Below are positions 63,908-64,000 of a DNA stretch of 64,000 nucleotides, piece after piece. Made by a program: the position numbers and the translations under genes. Positions within the stretch are counted from its first letter, which is position 1, and every line of letters begins with the position of its first letter. The stretch is taken from contig MFKT01000001.1 of the NCBI GenBank assembly GCA_001781125.1, positions 3,630 to 67,629 on the forward strand, given 5' to 3'. This DNA comes from Candidatus Kaiserbacteria bacterium RIFCSPHIGHO2_01_FULL_53_29 (GTDB lineage Bacteria; Patescibacteriota; Minisyncoccia; Phycocordibacterales; UBA2100). A model generated the notes under the pieces. That model was not told where the DNA came from. It ran no database searches and saw nothing but the letters and a program-made list of their open reading frames with translations.

Positions 63908-64000
63908 ACAATGTGAAGAATATCGTCTACCGCCTTGGTAAATCCTCGCATATCTTTTTCGGACAAAAATCCCATCGTCGAAACCTCGAATGTTTTTCCT
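63904..64000 (-). CDS. 3' end of an unidentified upstream minus-strand gene (5' end outside the window)
   Basis: The frame ...EVSTMGFLSEKDMRGFTKAVDDILHIV* has a TGA that overlaps the rpiB ATG (ATGA). Confidence 0.35.
   Translation of the reverse strand, partial: GKTFEVSTMGFLSEKDMRGFTKAVDDILHIV

Overview
This is a roughly 55% GC bacterial window whose features look like a streamlined, possibly Patescibacteria/CPR-like genome, although that placement is inference. Its core is a ribosomal-protein supercluster at 8.1-21 kb running rplC-rplD-rplW-rplB ... rpsS-rplV-rpsC-rplP-rpmC-rpsQ-rplN-rplX-rplE ... rpsN(Z)-rpsH-rplF-rplR-rpsE-rplO-secY. There is no L30, and gmk-adk-map follow secY. The cluster is interrupted twice by toxin-antitoxin modules: mazEF between rplB and rpsS, and dinJ/yafQ-like plus an AT-rich island between rplE and rpsN. 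It also carries several conserved short intergenic elements. The most striking is a roughly 140-bp cassette present four times (upstream of rplB, rplV, rplX and an unrelated secreted-protein gene at 52.8 kb). Each copy has terminal inverted repeats, flanking TATG direct repeats, and two nested small ORFs chained by ATGA stop/start overlaps into the downstream gene's start codon. One covarying base pair keeps the closing helix intact. It could be a MITE-like element, a translational-coupling leader cassette, or a domesticated MITE. Other recurring signals are a stop-codon-anchored intercistronic motif, TAGTTCGACnnnGCTCACTAYAA, before rplR, secY and rplT, and a TCCCTAGCACCTA motif before rpsS, rpsC and rplP. 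The rest of the window holds housekeeping genes: purD, ndk, thrC, smpB, ftsH, pyrC, malic enzyme, recG, gpsA, rpiB, infC-rpmI-rplT, a CDF transporter, an aminotransferase and a beta-CASP RNase. It is also unusually rich in secreted cell-envelope proteins. These include two tandem paralogous M15 zinc-peptidase-domain proteins next to a secreted thermonuclease, a 679-aa Cys-rich tandem-repeat protein, a cupredoxin/PG-binding/PKD protein followed by two more PG-binding proteins, and a 687-aa secreted protein inserted between infC and rpmI. Smaller oddities are a protein with a roughly 50-residue poly-Asp tail, a PRTase/PQQ beta-propeller fusion at the window edge, a tRNA with apparent UAU anticodon, a hairpin-dense 550-nt noncoding tract upstream of gpsA, and a low-GC decaying region with a frameshifted small gene. 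No CRISPR array or rRNA was seen.
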